Of a stretch of 64,000 nucleotides of DNA, positions 11,706-24,431 are shown one piece after another (position 1 is the first letter of the stretch; the number at the start of each line of letters is the position of its first letter). The notes beneath the pieces were generated by a model. It saw only the letters and a list, made by a program, of their open reading frames with translations, had not been told where the DNA came from and searched no databases. The position numbers were made by a program, and so were the translations under genes. Source of the DNA: Mobula hypostoma (lineage: Eukaryota); NCBI RefSeq assembly GCF_963921235.1, contig NC_086107.1:94366001-94430000 (forward strand), in the 5' to 3' direction.

Positions 11706-14700
11706 CTAAAGTAACATAACACCTCAAATAAGTCAATTAGCAACTGTCAATTAGAAAAAGACTTCTTGCCTCGACCACATGATGTCGGAGTAGAATTAGA
11801 CCATTTGGCTCATTAAGTTTACTCCACCATTCAATCATAATTAATTTCTTTTTTGGCACCCTGCAACCCTTAACCCCCTTACCAATCAAGAACCTATCGC
11901 TGCCTTAAATATACCCAATGATTTCGCCTCCACAGCCTTCTGAGAAGATTCAAGTTTATTTATCACTTGTACATCGAAACATGGTGAATTGTGTCTTTTG
12001 CATGAACAACTGATGTGCTGAGAAGCAGCCCTCAATTCTTGCCAAACATTCAGACACCAACACAGCATGCCCACAATGCTTGGCAGAACAACACCGAACA
12101 CAAGCATCACAACACGTAAACAAGTCTCGTTCCTCTCTCACACCCACATACATACAATAGGATTTTAGCCCCAGGACAGGCAATTTACTTCGTCCTCCAG
12201 TGGAGTGGCAACAAATTTCAGATTTGATTGTCAACAAGGTGGAGATGTTATTTCAAATCCACACCAAGCGGTCTCCTGGTTGGGAAGCTGAGGATCCAGT
12301 TGCAGAGGGAGGTATAAAGGCCCAGGTTCTGGAGCTTTTTGATCTGTAGGAACGATTGTGTTAAACACTGAGCCACGTTGGTCCATAGCATAAAAAAGCT
12401 TGGGGATCCCCTGAACTAGACCCTAGCCTTCTGTCCATATACTCAACAAAACTTCTCTGAAATGGGGTGCAATCAAACCACATTAACACTTCCACGGGCA
12501 GCTCAGCCCACAGCATCATGGCTCATTCCCTTTGGCAATGGTCATTGAGGGATACATCCTGCCTAAAATAAGGCTGCTCTTTGAATGGGTTTTTTTGGAG
12601 GTGAGGAGGGAGGGCTCATCGTCATTTACCTCATTTTTGCTGTCCATTTACACTACTATCGTATTTTAACATATTGCAATGTACTGCTGCCGCAAAACAA
12701 CAAATTTCACAACATACGTCAGTGATATTAAATAGGATCCTGATCCTGAGCTACAGGTGAACATTGTTCTCAAAAAAGGACCTTCTTTCAACCACACAGT
12801 CCTTATTGAACACTGCAGTGCCATTACAGGTTTACATGCACAATTCCTGCACTAGGCAGCAACACTGGATAGATAATGTGCGGGCTATTAAGTCCATGAA
12901 ACTACTTCAAACATGCCTTTGGCTTTCACTGCTAAATGGTCAATTACTAATCAGATTACTAGTAACATAAGGCAACTCTCAGGTAGGAGGAGCAACATCT
13001 CGTTCTGCCTGAGGAGCCTCCAACCTCTTGGCATGAACATTGATTTCTTTAATTTCTGATAACTTGCCCCCACTCCCCCATCTCTTTCTTTTCTACTCCC
13101 CATTCTGGTTCTCCTCTCACCCCTTTTCTCCTCAGCTGCCCATCACCTCTCTCTGGTGCCCTTTCTCCCATTGTCCTCTCCTATCAGATTCCCCCTTCTT
13201 CAACCATTTACCTTTTTACCTATCACCTCCCAACTTCTTATTCATTCCCCCACCTCCATCCTCAACTCATTTCACCTGTCATCTTGTACTCCTTATGCCC
13301 TCTCGCTCCCCACCCCACCAATCTGCTTATTCTGGCTTCTTCTCCCTTTCTCTCCAGTCCCGATGAATATCCTGACGGCGTAAAACATCAACTCTTTATT
13401 GCCCTCCACTGATGCTGCCTGACCCAAGTTCCTCCAGCATTTTGTGTCTGTTGCTCCAAATTTCCAGCACCTGCAGACTCTAAACACAAGAGATTCCGCA
13501 GATGCTGGAAATCCAGAGCAACACACACACAAAATGCTGGAGGAACTCAGCAAGTCAAGTTGCAGATTCTCCTGTATACCTAACCTCACAATTCTGCCTC
13601 TTGGCTCCAAACTGCCCAGTAAAATTGAAAACTCTGGAATATTTAAGCACCTGGACTAGGCTTCCCCTCAGCCATCTAAGTCGAAGAGGACACAAGTGAG
13701 GGTGTCCTCTTAATTTCAAGTCAAAGTCAAAAACTAGGTCATGGTCTCTTTTCGCTGCTGTTATCGGGAAAGAGGTACAGGAGACCTGGGTCCCACACCA
13801 TCAGGTTCAGGAGCAGTTATTACCATCAGGCTCCTGAACCAGCGTGGATAACTTCACTCACTTCAACACTGAACTGATTCCACAATGGATGGACTCACTT
13901 TGAAGGACTCTACAACTCATCTCAGTATTATTTACTTATCTTCAATAAGCTCATTGGTGCTCCGTTATCCACAGTTATTAATCTCACTGACGCTGTATGT
14001 GAGAAACAGGGAGTGATGAAATGTTAAGTACTTGCAACACAGTGTAAAAGAAAGATAAGGGCCCACATAAACTTGAGTATTGTTGAATAGAACCATGTCC
14101 ATATCTGACCTATGTTTGATTTTCATAAGTAGTCTAGATCTGAGGGTCTGGGTGTATGCAGATTGAATGGGATGAGTCTGGAGTTTAAGACATTAAAATA
14201 TGACAAGTCAAAGTAAATTTATTATTAAGGTACATATATGTCACCATATATTACCCCAAAATTCATTTTTTACAGGCATTCGCAGTAAAACAAAGCAATA
14301 GAATAGATTCAATGAAAAGCTAACACAAACCAAGACTGACAAACAATGCGCAAAAGACAACAAACTGCAAAAACAAAACAGGCAAATAATAAGTAAAGAT
14401 TAGACTTATTTGTCACACGTACATCGAAACATACAGTGAAATGCGTTGACCAACACAATCATGGGATGTGCTGGGAACATCCCACAAGAGTTGCCACGCT
14501 TCTGGCACCAACATAGCACGCCCACACTTACTAATCCTAACCCATATGTCTCTGGAATGTTGGAGGAAACTGGAGCACTCGGAGGAAACACACAGTCACA
14601 AGGAGAATGAACAAACTCCTTACGGACATTGAACGAACTTAAGTTAATCCCCTCTGCCTGTTCATGGTCTATATCACTACACTCCATGAACAGCCAGAGT

Positions 14701-14770
14701 TCATGATGCATATTGCTACTAACATCACAATCAGGTTTTATTTGGCAGATGATGGTAATTTTGTGGAAAG

Positions 14771-14771
<1 letters not shown>

Positions 14772-14810
<39 letters not shown>
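14772..14810. repeat. (CA)n microsatellite
   Basis: About 19 perfect CA units. Confidence 0.95.
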
Positions 14811-14812
<2 letters not shown>

Positions 14813-15768
14813 GCTGGAAGAACAAGCAGCATCTATGGAGGGGAATAAACAATCAACATTTTGGGCCAAGACCCTTCATCAAGACTTTCACTGACCCGTA
14901 CAATATGAAATTTGTTGTTTTGTGGCAGTAGTACAGTACAACAAAAAGGCCTAGACAGAATGGATGTGGACAAGAAGTTTCCTATAGTGGGGGAGTATAG
15001 GACCAGAGGGCACAGCCTCAGAACAGAAGAACATCCCTTTAGAATAGACATAAATCTGTGGAATTCATTGCCACAGTCACGGGTTATAGTTAAAGCAGAG
15101 GTTGATGAGTTCTTGATTAGTAAGGGCGTCAAAGATTATGAGAAGATGGCAGAATTGGACTGAGAGGGATAATAAATCAGCCATGATCAAATGGCACAGC
15201 AGACTCAACTCCGCCAAATGTCTTCATTCTGCTACAACTTTATGGTCTAAAATTACCACAAATTACAAAACAAATAGTGGGGGGAAAAAAAAGGAATAAT
15301 GGGGTAGTGTTCCTGGATCATTCTGAAATCTGATGGCAGAGGGGTAGAAGCTGTTTCTAACTTACTAAGTGTGGGCTTTCCAGACCTCATACCTCCTCCC
15401 AGATAGTAGTAATGAAGGGCGCACAAGCAGGAAAAGGGATGGACTCCTGAATTTAAGGAGAAAGATCAAGTGGAACCTTAAAGACGGTAATATCTAGATT
15501 AGCACATTAATAGGTGTTGAAATAGGAAGTTAACACAGATAGGTATGGTCAGATAGATGGTGTACAGAGGAGGGCTTGCAATTAATGGGGCATTGGAAAC
15601 TATCCTTGGGGGAGCTGTATCAGGTCAGACACCATTAAGCAAAACGGAATTTCCTCATCAGGTTTTTTGTACTGTGTGAAGAGATTTTAACTTCGTTGTC
15701 AAGGCATTGGGTACACATAGATAACAGCACACAGGAAAAAAGGTGCAAAGATTGGGAGAGATTAGAAG

Positions 15769-15841
15769 GAAACAGACTGACTTAAGGCAGAAACAGACTG
15801 ACTTAAGGCAGGAACAGACTGACTTAAGGCAGGAACAGACT
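15769..15841. repeat. 21-bp tandem repeat, about 3.5 copies
   Basis: Unit G(A/G)AACAGACTGACTTAAGGCA, head-to-tail without spacers. Confidence 0.9.
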
Positions 15842-16164
15842 AAGAGAGAGTACAAGGTCTAAAATGAGATGCACACAAAGTGCTAGAGGAACTCAGCAGA
15901 TCAGACACATCTCAGGCAGGGGTGTCAAACTCATTTTAAGTCACGGGCCAGATTGATATAAATGCGACTTCATGCGAGCTGGATCAGTTGTGCACGCACG
16001 CGTGCTCGCACAGCTTTCGTTGCCTTCGTTTTTTCAACCTGCTCTCATGTGTCTCAGTCTCTGCTATAACTACAAAGTGTTTCACTTTACAAATTTTGTT
16101 TCTTATGAAGAAGATTGCCTAGCAAGCATTATTTTTATGATTGGTATTAACTTACAGTCGTAGG

Positions 16165-16925
16165 TTACAAGAGACCAAGAAGATCATTGTGGACTTCAGG
16201 TATGCCAGGAGTCACACTCACGTCCTCATCTACATCAACGGAACTATAGTGGAACATGCATCAAGCTTCAAATTCCTTGGTCTCCACATTTCCAAGGATC
16301 TCACCTGGTCCCTGAACTCCTCCATCCTGATCAAAAAGGCGCAACAGTGCCTTTATTTCCTGCGGAGCATGAAGAAAGCTCACCTCTGTTCCAGGATACT
16401 GACTGCCTTTTACCGCTGTACCACTGAGAGCATACTCACCAACTGCATCTCAGTGTGGTATCGCAATTGTCCTGTATCGGACTACAAAGCACTCCAGCAT
16501 GTGGTGAAAACTGCCCAGTGGATTATCGGCACCCAATTGCCCACCATTGAGAACATCTAGCATAAACACTGCCTGGGCAAGGCGAAAAGCATTATCAGGG
16601 ATGCATCTCACCCTAACCACGGACCTTTTACTCTCCTCCCATCCGGTATGCGCTGCAGGAGCCTCCACTTCCGCAGCGGCAGGCACAGGAAGAGCTTCTT
16701 CCCTGAGGCAGTGACACTGCTGAACCTCTCATCACAGCGCTAAGCAGTATTGCATCCATATTGTACTGTATCAGTATTTTTATATTTGTGTGCTGTAGCA
16801 CTTTTTTTAATTCGCATTTATTTTGTAAATAACACTATTCTTTGCATTTCTGGTCAGATGCTACATGCATTTCATTGGCTTTGTATCTGTACTCGGCACA
16901 ATGACAATAAAGTTGAATCTAATCT
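16165..16925 (+). mobile_element. Rex/Babar-like LINE 3' fragment nested in the hAT element
   Basis: KTKKIIVDFR-like, FKFLGLHISKDLTWS and ESILTNCISVWY motifs; ends AATAAA..(AATCT)n. Confidence 0.8.
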
Positions 16926-17278
16926 AAGAAAGTTGTGATGAGAGAGAGAAAAAAACGATGCTATTTTGACTAAGATTGTTTTGGGAGCCACACCCTTTCC
17001 ATTAATAAACCATTTGAAATCGAACATTAGCAGACACAAATGTAGACCTAACGAAACAAATTGTAAATGTAGGCTACACAACTGCACCTAATTTTTATTA
17101 GCCTGCTTCCAGCAATCAAACTCAGACAATGAACACAGTTCGCCTCTAATTTTTATTGAAGTGATCACATTTACAATAATAGAATAGTCAGAAAATGAAT
17201 CACAATATTATGACACTCAATATTTCATAATGCATTTTGCTTACATGTCGCAGTGCATCGAACAGTGTCACTTATTTT

Positions 17279-19076
17279 TCACTTGCTGCTTCCAGACACC
17301 TGACACCTCTTGGCTTTAACCAGCCTGTCAACATCAGGGACCAGTTTCTGGGCAGTTGTGATTTTCATAATGTCATTTAGATGTCTGTGTGTCAGCTGCG
17401 AGCACAGTGTGGATTTGTTAATGTTCATTATGGAGAACGCCTGCTCACAGAGATATGTTGTCCCGAACATGCAAAGGATCTTTGAGGCAAAGTCTGTCAT
17501 CTTGAGGTACATCAGTCCCAGGTATTGATAGAGTGAGTCCAGACCCACAGTCTCAAATTTATATTTCAAAGCCGAGTTACACAGAATTTCAATTAGTTCC
17601 ATTTGGAGTTCCTCCGGCACATCTGATGCAGTGAGCAAAGGAGTGAGAATTCCTTCTCGAGCTGAGTGAAGACTTGGAAACGATTCTGAAACTCACTTTT
17701 CAGCCGTGATATTTCATCCTTGTACCTGTCCACGTTGTCATTATTCCCATGAGCGACACGCACAGACTGCAAAGAGGGGAAATGAGCTGGGTTGCTCCGG
17801 GATAGTTGCAACTCCCACAGGCCTAATTTAACTTGAAAGGTGTGAATGCTGTCGTAATATTCCGTAACAAGTTTGTTGCGGCCTTGCATGTTAACATTAA
17901 GCACATTTAAGTGCTCTGTTATATCCACCCAAAATGCAAGATCATGAAACCAATCTGGGTCATCTAACTCTGCCACTGGCTTCCCTTTCTCATTCATGAA
18001 TAGTCCAATTTCCGCACGCAATTGAAAAAACGTTTGAGCACAACCCCTCTGCTCAACCAGCGGACTTCAATGTGGTAGGGTAGGCCGTGTCCAATATTAC
18101 TTTCGGACAAAAGTGTCAAGTTGTTGATGGTTGAGTCCTTTGGCTCTAATAAAATTAACCGTTTTGATTACTACATCCATGATATTGTCCATTTCCAGGC
18201 TCCTGCTATATAACGCCTCTTGCTGTATAATACAACGAAATTTCCAGAATTCCTGCTCTGGATTCCCCGTCTGAAGTTTCTCTCTGAGTTTCCCAACAAC
18301 ACCTGCCTTTTCCCCGACCATGGACAGTGCGTCAACTGTTGCCACGCTGACAGCGTGACTCCAGTCAACCCCCAATCTGTCCAAGGCCTCGACGAGGCTG
18401 GAGAAAACGTCGTTCGCTGTTGTGGTGTTTGTCACGGGCACCATCTCCACAAACCCCTTGGTGACGGTCAAAGATGCATCAACACCATGAATAAATATTT
18501 CTAATTGAATTAGATCAGTCATGCCGGTGCTCTCATCAATTGCAATACAGAAGGCAATAAATGACTTCACTTTGTCTTTTAGTTGACTGTTCAAATCTCT
18601 TGCAAGGTCCCCGATTCGCTCTGCCACAGTATTTCTTGACAAGCTGATATTACCAAAAGCCTGTCTCTTCTCAGGGCACACCAGCTCAACCGCCGTCAGC
18701 ATGCATGCTTTGATGAATTCCCCCTCTGAGTATGGCTTCGACGCAGCAGCTATTTTGTTGGCAATAATATAGCTGGCCTTGACAGCTCCATCATGAGTCT
18801 CTCGACTTTTGGTGAACACTGATTGCTGTTTTTTCCAGAGCTGCTTCAAGCTCGTTTACCTTTCACATTCTGAGTCGCCCTGCGTACTTGTCATATTTTT
18901 CTCCATGTGACATCTCATAGAGTCCTTTGATATTGTACTCTTTTGCCACAGCCACTTGTTGCGAGCACATCAGACACACAGGTTTACCGCTGACCTCACA
19001 GAAGAAAAAAACGATCTTTCCAATTAGCTTGGAATATCCAACGTTCGATGTCAACTTTTCTTTTCTTGGAAAGCAC
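17279..19076 (-). pseudogene. hAT transposase pseudogene
   Basis: Frameshifted pieces: LSKKRKVD..FQ..W, PVCLMC..VAVAKEYNI (BED-like), IAIDEST, CIIQQEAL, EVRWLSRG, FGTTYLCEQAFS (dimerisation domain); TDGA and HCxxH motifs degraded. Confidence 0.9.
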
Positions 19077-20349
19077 TTTGAACCACAGCAGCAAACAGTC
19101 TCAGCCTTGCTACAGGTGCTACTTACCTGAGTACTCTGTGTGTTTATACTGTGTCTGACGACGTAAGTGGGGCCCTAGTGGTCTTCAGTGCTGGGTGGTA
19201 GGTTCTTATGCACAGCCGGTGGTTAACTGCTGCCTATTGTTTTCTAAGTACACACAACAAGCTGCTGGCGCAGCAGGTGGCACAGACAGTAGTGGGAGAG
19301 AGAGCGGCTGCCGTACAGATACATAATAAATGGTCATGAATATACATTTTTTTCCCCCCAAATCATCCTGCGGGCTGGATTGGACCCCTTCGCACCCCTG
19401 ATCTAAGGAGAGGAATAAACAGTCATTGTTTCGGGCCAGGACCTTTCAACTGGACTGTAAAGAAAGCAGGCAGAAGCCAGAATAAGGTGAGGGAGGAAGA
19501 GGTGGAAGATGGGTGGGGAAAAGGGGGAGGTGAAATGTGGAAGATGGGGTTTTGTACACACTGTTAATCTAAGGGAAGTATAAAACAAGGATAGCAAGCT
19601 TCAGGGACATAGGACTAAATTATAATATCGTTAGCAGGCATTTGGGTACACCAAAAAGAGGTATGGATTCTAAATGCTCCTAGGACAGGTAAGAAAGGGA
19701 AAAAAGGTCGGTGGACAGTGTTAGTAAAGAATAATAGAGCCAGTTTGGGAGAGAGACCACCTTGGAACAGTCAAGGACAGAATTGAGATGCTTGGATATA
19801 ATAAAAATCAGAAGGGTGAGCAAGTCACTGGGACCCCACGCTACAAGCTGGGGAAGAACAGAAAGGCATTGAGCAGCAAATCTAGAGAAAATGCAGAGAT
19901 ATTCACCTTTATCCATCTCTGCAGGACCCAGAGTGGTGATAACTAGGGACAAAGACCAGAGCTCTCCCCACCATTAAGTACATTTACATGGGGCACTCAC
20001 AAGAAAGCAGCATCAGGGATCCCCACCATCCAAATCCATGCCCTCTTCTCACTACCACCATCAAGCAGGAGGCACCACACCACCAGATTCAGGAGCAACC
20101 CAACAACCACCAGGTTCCTGGACTAACGTGGATAAGTTCATTCATTACTTCTCTCTGAACTGATTCTATGACCTATAGACATACTTTCAAGGACTCTTTT
20201 ACAACTTGTGTTCTCAGTATTATTTTTTTTACTTGCAGTTTGTCTTTTGCACACTGACTGTTTGTCAGTCTTTGTCTATGCATAGTTTTTTGTAGTTTGA
20301 TTGTATTTCTTTTTCCCTGTAAATGCCTGCAAAAAAATGAATTTCAATA

Positions 20350-20825
20350 TACACCCAGTGGCCGCGTTATTAGGTATACCAGTACACTCACTTGGTAATG
20401 CAAATACCTAATCAATCAATCATGTGGCAGCATAAAAACATGCAGATATGGTCAAAAGGTTCAGACCAAACATCAGAATGAGGCAGAAATGTGATCTAAA
20501 TGACTCTGACCATGGAATGATTGCTGGTGCCAGATGGGTTGGATTGAGTATCTCAGAAACTCTCACACACAACAGTCTCTTAAGTTTGCAGGGAATGGTG
20601 CAAAAAACAAAAAAAAAAAAAAAAAAATCCAGTGAGCGGTAGTTCTAAGGGCGAAAACACCTCATTAATGAGAGAGGTCAGAGGAGAACAGCCATACTGA
20701 CAGGAAGGCGACAGAAACTCAGATAACCACGCGTTACAACAGTGGTGTGAAGAAGAGCATCTCTGAATGCACACATGTTGAACCTTGAAGTGGATGGGCT
20801 ACAGCAACAGAAGACCGTGAACACT
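20350..20825 (+). mobile_element. Tc1-like non-autonomous element (transposase HTH remnant)
   Basis: TIR-like TACACCCAGTGGCCGCGTTATTAGG; MRQKCDLNDSDHGMIAGAR..GLSISET remnant; homologous to 38409-38920. Confidence 0.65.
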
Positions 20826-21742
20826 GATTGGTAAGGACTTTGACAATAAATTTACTTTGAATTTTAATATGAAACTTCAAATATCGAAACACAGACCTGG
20901 TTAGTAATAACAAAAGGGGTGAGGGTGGGGAGGAATTTCTGAAGGGTATTTGGAAGATCTTGTTTGAGTACTTTGCTGACCCAATGCGGAAGGCAGCATT
21001 ACTGGATTTGGTTCTGTGAGATGAGTCAGCTCATGTGAGAACATGTTATCAGTGGGCGAACCTTTAGAAGCAACTAAAATACAACTTCTAGAATAGAACA
21101 TTACAGTACAATACAGGGCCTTTGGCCCACAGTGTGCCTGTCTTTCACCTACTCCAAGATCAACTGAACAATTCCCACCCCATACCCTTCATTTTCTACC
21201 ATCCGTGTGCCCAAGAGTTTATTAATGCCCCTAATGAATCTGCCTCCTCCACCACCACTCTCTCTAAAGAGAGTGTGGGGAATATCTGTGGGGGGGAAAT
21301 AACCTGTGCCAAAGTAAAATTTAGAGAAAGCCCAGTTCCAACGGAATGAGGAATGATCTTCCAGACAGCTGAACAAACGACGTCAGACTTACTGACAATG
21401 AAGTTTGCAAATACTTTTCACTTGTTGATGGAATCAAAGCTTTACAGACGAAATGTAATTGGAACAATAGAAGACCTCAAGCACAGATACAATCCCCCCA
21501 ACAGACAGAAGGTCAAGAAAAGTCAGAATACGATTCTGCAATGTTAAAGAGAACAAAAAGACACAGCCTAAGAACACAAGGTCTCCCCCTTAGAACAGAG
21601 ATGAGGAGGAATTGCTTTAGCCAGTGGATTCACAGATATTTTCTGACTCGGTTTAGCCAATGAGCCTCAACTTCTGGACTTCCAAAGCAAGCTTCCATTA
21701 TCATTAACACTGGGTAACTACTCATTTCACAGCTTTACCTAC

Positions 21743-21883
21743 CTGCAAGAGATCAAATTGTACCCTTCCTTCAGTGTTGAGCACTTTGTTCTCTCTGCGA
21801 CCCATCTGGCGAGACTGAAACGAGGAATCCCGGATTACCGTTTTTACGCTGGGAATACGGCCCAGGAATGGGAACGTTGTTAC
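21743..21883 (-). CDS. POLD1: POLD1 coding exon (exon 11 equivalent), 141 nt
   Basis: ttcag|GTA...CAG|gtagg; [47 protein letters not shown]. Confidence 0.96.
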
Positions 21884-23103
21884 CTGAAAAATACATCACT
21901 CTTAAGCGTTAGCCAGCTCCAAATCTCAGGTTAAATATGATAGGATAACCTGTTGTAAAACACTGGTTAATTTTATTTTCATGTTAACCAACACCCAACT
22001 GACTGATTCCTATTTTCGCACTGGCCATGTTTCCTTAATCTTGCACAGACTCCCAAAAGACAGGAAGAATATGCAACGAAAAAAAGAGAAATTCAGTAAA
22101 ATGGCTGCATTGAGATTCGATCATAACCCTCATCCACTGAATTTCTAATCTCAGCCACAATACCACAAAGAGGCATCAATCAAAGAATGAAAGGAAACTG
22201 GTGGACAGATTGGGCCTATATACAATAAATACTTCACAGGAGGCTTCCATGAGACCAGTTGTTTTTGTATTAGTTCCTGGATAATGTTAGAACATTCTCT
22301 CTTTTCCTTGTAGATTTCACCCTCTTTCAAATACTTGTGCTATTTCCTTTCTAAAGTTATAATCGAATGGCACCATAAGGGTTAGCACAATGCTTACAGT
22401 GCCAGCAATCAGTTCAATTCCTGCCGCTGTCCGTAAGGAGACTGTATTCTCCACACGACTGTGAGGGTTCACCCCGGGTGCTTTGGTTTCCTCCCACATG
22501 GCAGAGACAGAGTAAGTTGTGGGCATGCTACGTTGGTGCCAGAAGCATGGCGACACTGGCGGCCTGTCCCCAGACTGTGTTGGCCGTTGACGTAGACGAG
22601 GCATTTCGCATGTTTTGATGTACATGGGACAAATAAAGCAAACCTTTAATCTTCCTCTATATAATGAATTCTAAATCACATCTCGTCACTGTAGAAAATG
22701 TCTTCTCTGTTCACCTATTCTGGCTACAACTACCTCAGTCCCTACAAACTGTTTATCATTCATGATGCCAAGCACCTGCATCAATGTGCCCTGAACAATG
22801 CCAGTATCTCAATTATCCCCACATAGATGAAGTCTCTCAACACTGGCATCATACAAGTAAATCAATATCCTCTCCTTATTAACTGGCCACTGGGCAATAA
22901 GCAGTTCAGATGGCTGCCCTGCTTCTCAGCCACAAACACTGGGATAAAGAAAAACTGGATTTTTTTTGTTTATAATAAATCTATAACACAGAAATGACCC
23001 AAGTGATGCAAGCTAGTCTTCCTCTTACACTACCTTCACCTAACCCTATCACTATAACCTTTGCCTTTTGTTCTCCCTCTTGGGAATTTACCTTTTATCA
23101 AGT

Positions 23104-23305
23104 TGTGGTGATATCACGTGCACTGATGATGTGCTAGTTCCTGACCGGATAGCACTGAGCATGCGCGGGGTTTGCCAGAATGTATCAGCATGTGGCAGGG
23201 TTAAGATGTGTTTGTTTATTTCTGTAAACAAAAGTTCTTTAATTCTTCCAGAATACGATTCTTTGTTGTTAAACCACGGAATGTTTAAATAGAAGTAACA
23301 TAACA
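23104..23305 (+). repeat. 5' LTR (202 bp)
   Basis: TGTGGTGATATC...GTAACATAACA; direct repeat of 24943-25141. Confidence 0.95.
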
Positions 23306-23319
23306 TGGTGTCAGAAGTG
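23306..23319 (+). promoter_or_regulatory. Primer-binding site (tRNA-Leu-like)
   Basis: TGGTGTCAGAAGTG immediately after the LTR; complementary to CACTTCTGACACCA, the 3' end of vertebrate tRNA-Leu(CAA) as I recall it. Confidence 0.85.
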
Positions 23320-23403
23320 CTTTTGGAAGAATAATACCGGAGAATTGAGAAACGGAGATAATCGAAAAAAAATAAGAAAAAAGTTCGAACAGTAATCGGT
23401 AAT

Positions 23404-24245
23404 ATGGAAGGCTTACAACCCCCACAAAAACTTCAGCTGACTGGGAATGTAGCTGAGAATTGGAGGATCTTCAAGCAACAGTTTGAAATATATTTATCGG
23501 CCATTGGAACTGATAAAAAAGCAGACAAAACCAAAGTGGCTACCCTGCTCCATGTAATCGGGACTGACACAGTAGAGTTATATGATAATTTTGTCTTTGA
23601 AGATGGAGATAATTTCAATTTAAAGTCGATAATGGACGGTTTTGAAGTATTTTGTATACCGAAGCATAATTTAACGTATGAGTGATACAAATTCTTCACG
23701 TGTCTGCAGAAGGCTGCTGAAACAATTGATCAGTATGTGACTGAGTTAAGAAAGCGTAGTAGAACGTGCAAGTTCGGATTGCTCACAAAATCACTTATTA
23801 AAGATAGACTTGTTTGTGGCACTCAAGATAATGCTCTAAGAGAAAGGCTTTTGCGCCAGCAAGATTTAAATTTTGAACAAGCATTCGCGCTCTGCAAAGC
23901 TTCTGAGTCCGTAAAGTCGTAGGCTGAAGAGCTTTTTGTTGAAAACTACAATGTAAATGCTGTAAAAAAGCACGAATATATCAAGAAATATAATAATGTC
24001 AACAAACCCGACGGAGAGCAAGACAGCATTTCAAAAAAAGTCATGTGATCGCTGTGCGCGGGAACACAGTCCAAATCAGTGTTTCGCATATGGCAATATT
24101 TGTTATTACTGTGGTAAGAGTAATCATTTTTCATGCTATTGTAGAAGTAGAAAGAAGGAAAATGAAATGAAACAAATAAATGCAGTGATTGAAGATGAAC
24201 GTGAGGAATTTTATATAGAAACGCTTTGCGCAAATACTGACATAG
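23404..24245 (+). pseudogene. Gypsy gag pseudogene
   Basis: ATG at 23404; GNVAENWRIFKQQFEIY, LIKDRLVCG, RERLLR; knuckles CDRCAREHSPNQC and CYYCGKSNHFSCYC; stops at 23683 and 23920; a frameshift near 23960-23995. Confidence 0.9.
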
Positions 24246-24431
24246 AATATAAAAGCAGTAGCTGCAGTGTCTGAGACGACCAAACAGGAGGCAATTGATG
24301 ATGTGAAAAAGCAATGGCAGGAAGAGGCTGTTTCAATGCAAGCAATAATGAAAGAGACACGGAGAGAATAGGAGATTCAGTCTAATCACCATCTAGAGCA
24401 AGAACGCTGACAGTGGGCACAGTATAAGCAA
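24246..24431 (+). pseudogene. RABEP1: Captured RABEP1 (rabaptin-5) N-terminal coiled-coil fragment inside the LTR element
   Basis: NIKAVAAVSETTKQEAIDDVKKQWQEEAVSMQAIMKETRRE*EIQSNHHLEQER*QWAQYKQ aligns ungapped to human RABEP1 about aa 87-148 as recalled (NIKAIATVSENTKQEAIDEVKRQWREEVASLQAVMKETVRDYEHQFHLRLEQERTQWAQYRE); 41/62 identical by hand count. Confidence 0.88.

Larger units (their letters stand above)
15917..19400 (-). mobile_element. hAT DNA transposon (SPIN/Buster/GTF2IRD2-like), decayed, both ends present
   Basis: Ends CAGGGGTG...CACCCCTG; 8-bp TSD ATCTCAGG (15909-15916)/ATCTAAGG (19401-19408); splits a Penelope terminal repeat. Confidence 0.9.

Noticed and set aside
15769..15841. 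CRISPR-like array
   Set aside because: Head-to-tail minisatellite without spacers, in a eukaryotic intron.
17279..19076. Domesticated GTF2IRD2/ZBED-type host gene
   Set aside because: Multiple frameshifts, degraded catalytic motifs, and retained TIRs and TSD indicate a dead transposon.
24246..24431. True RABEP1 exon or stand-alone processed pseudogene
   Set aside because: It has two stops, no other RABEP1 exons are nearby, it lacks its own polyA tail and TSD, and it sits between gag and the PPT of an LTR element.
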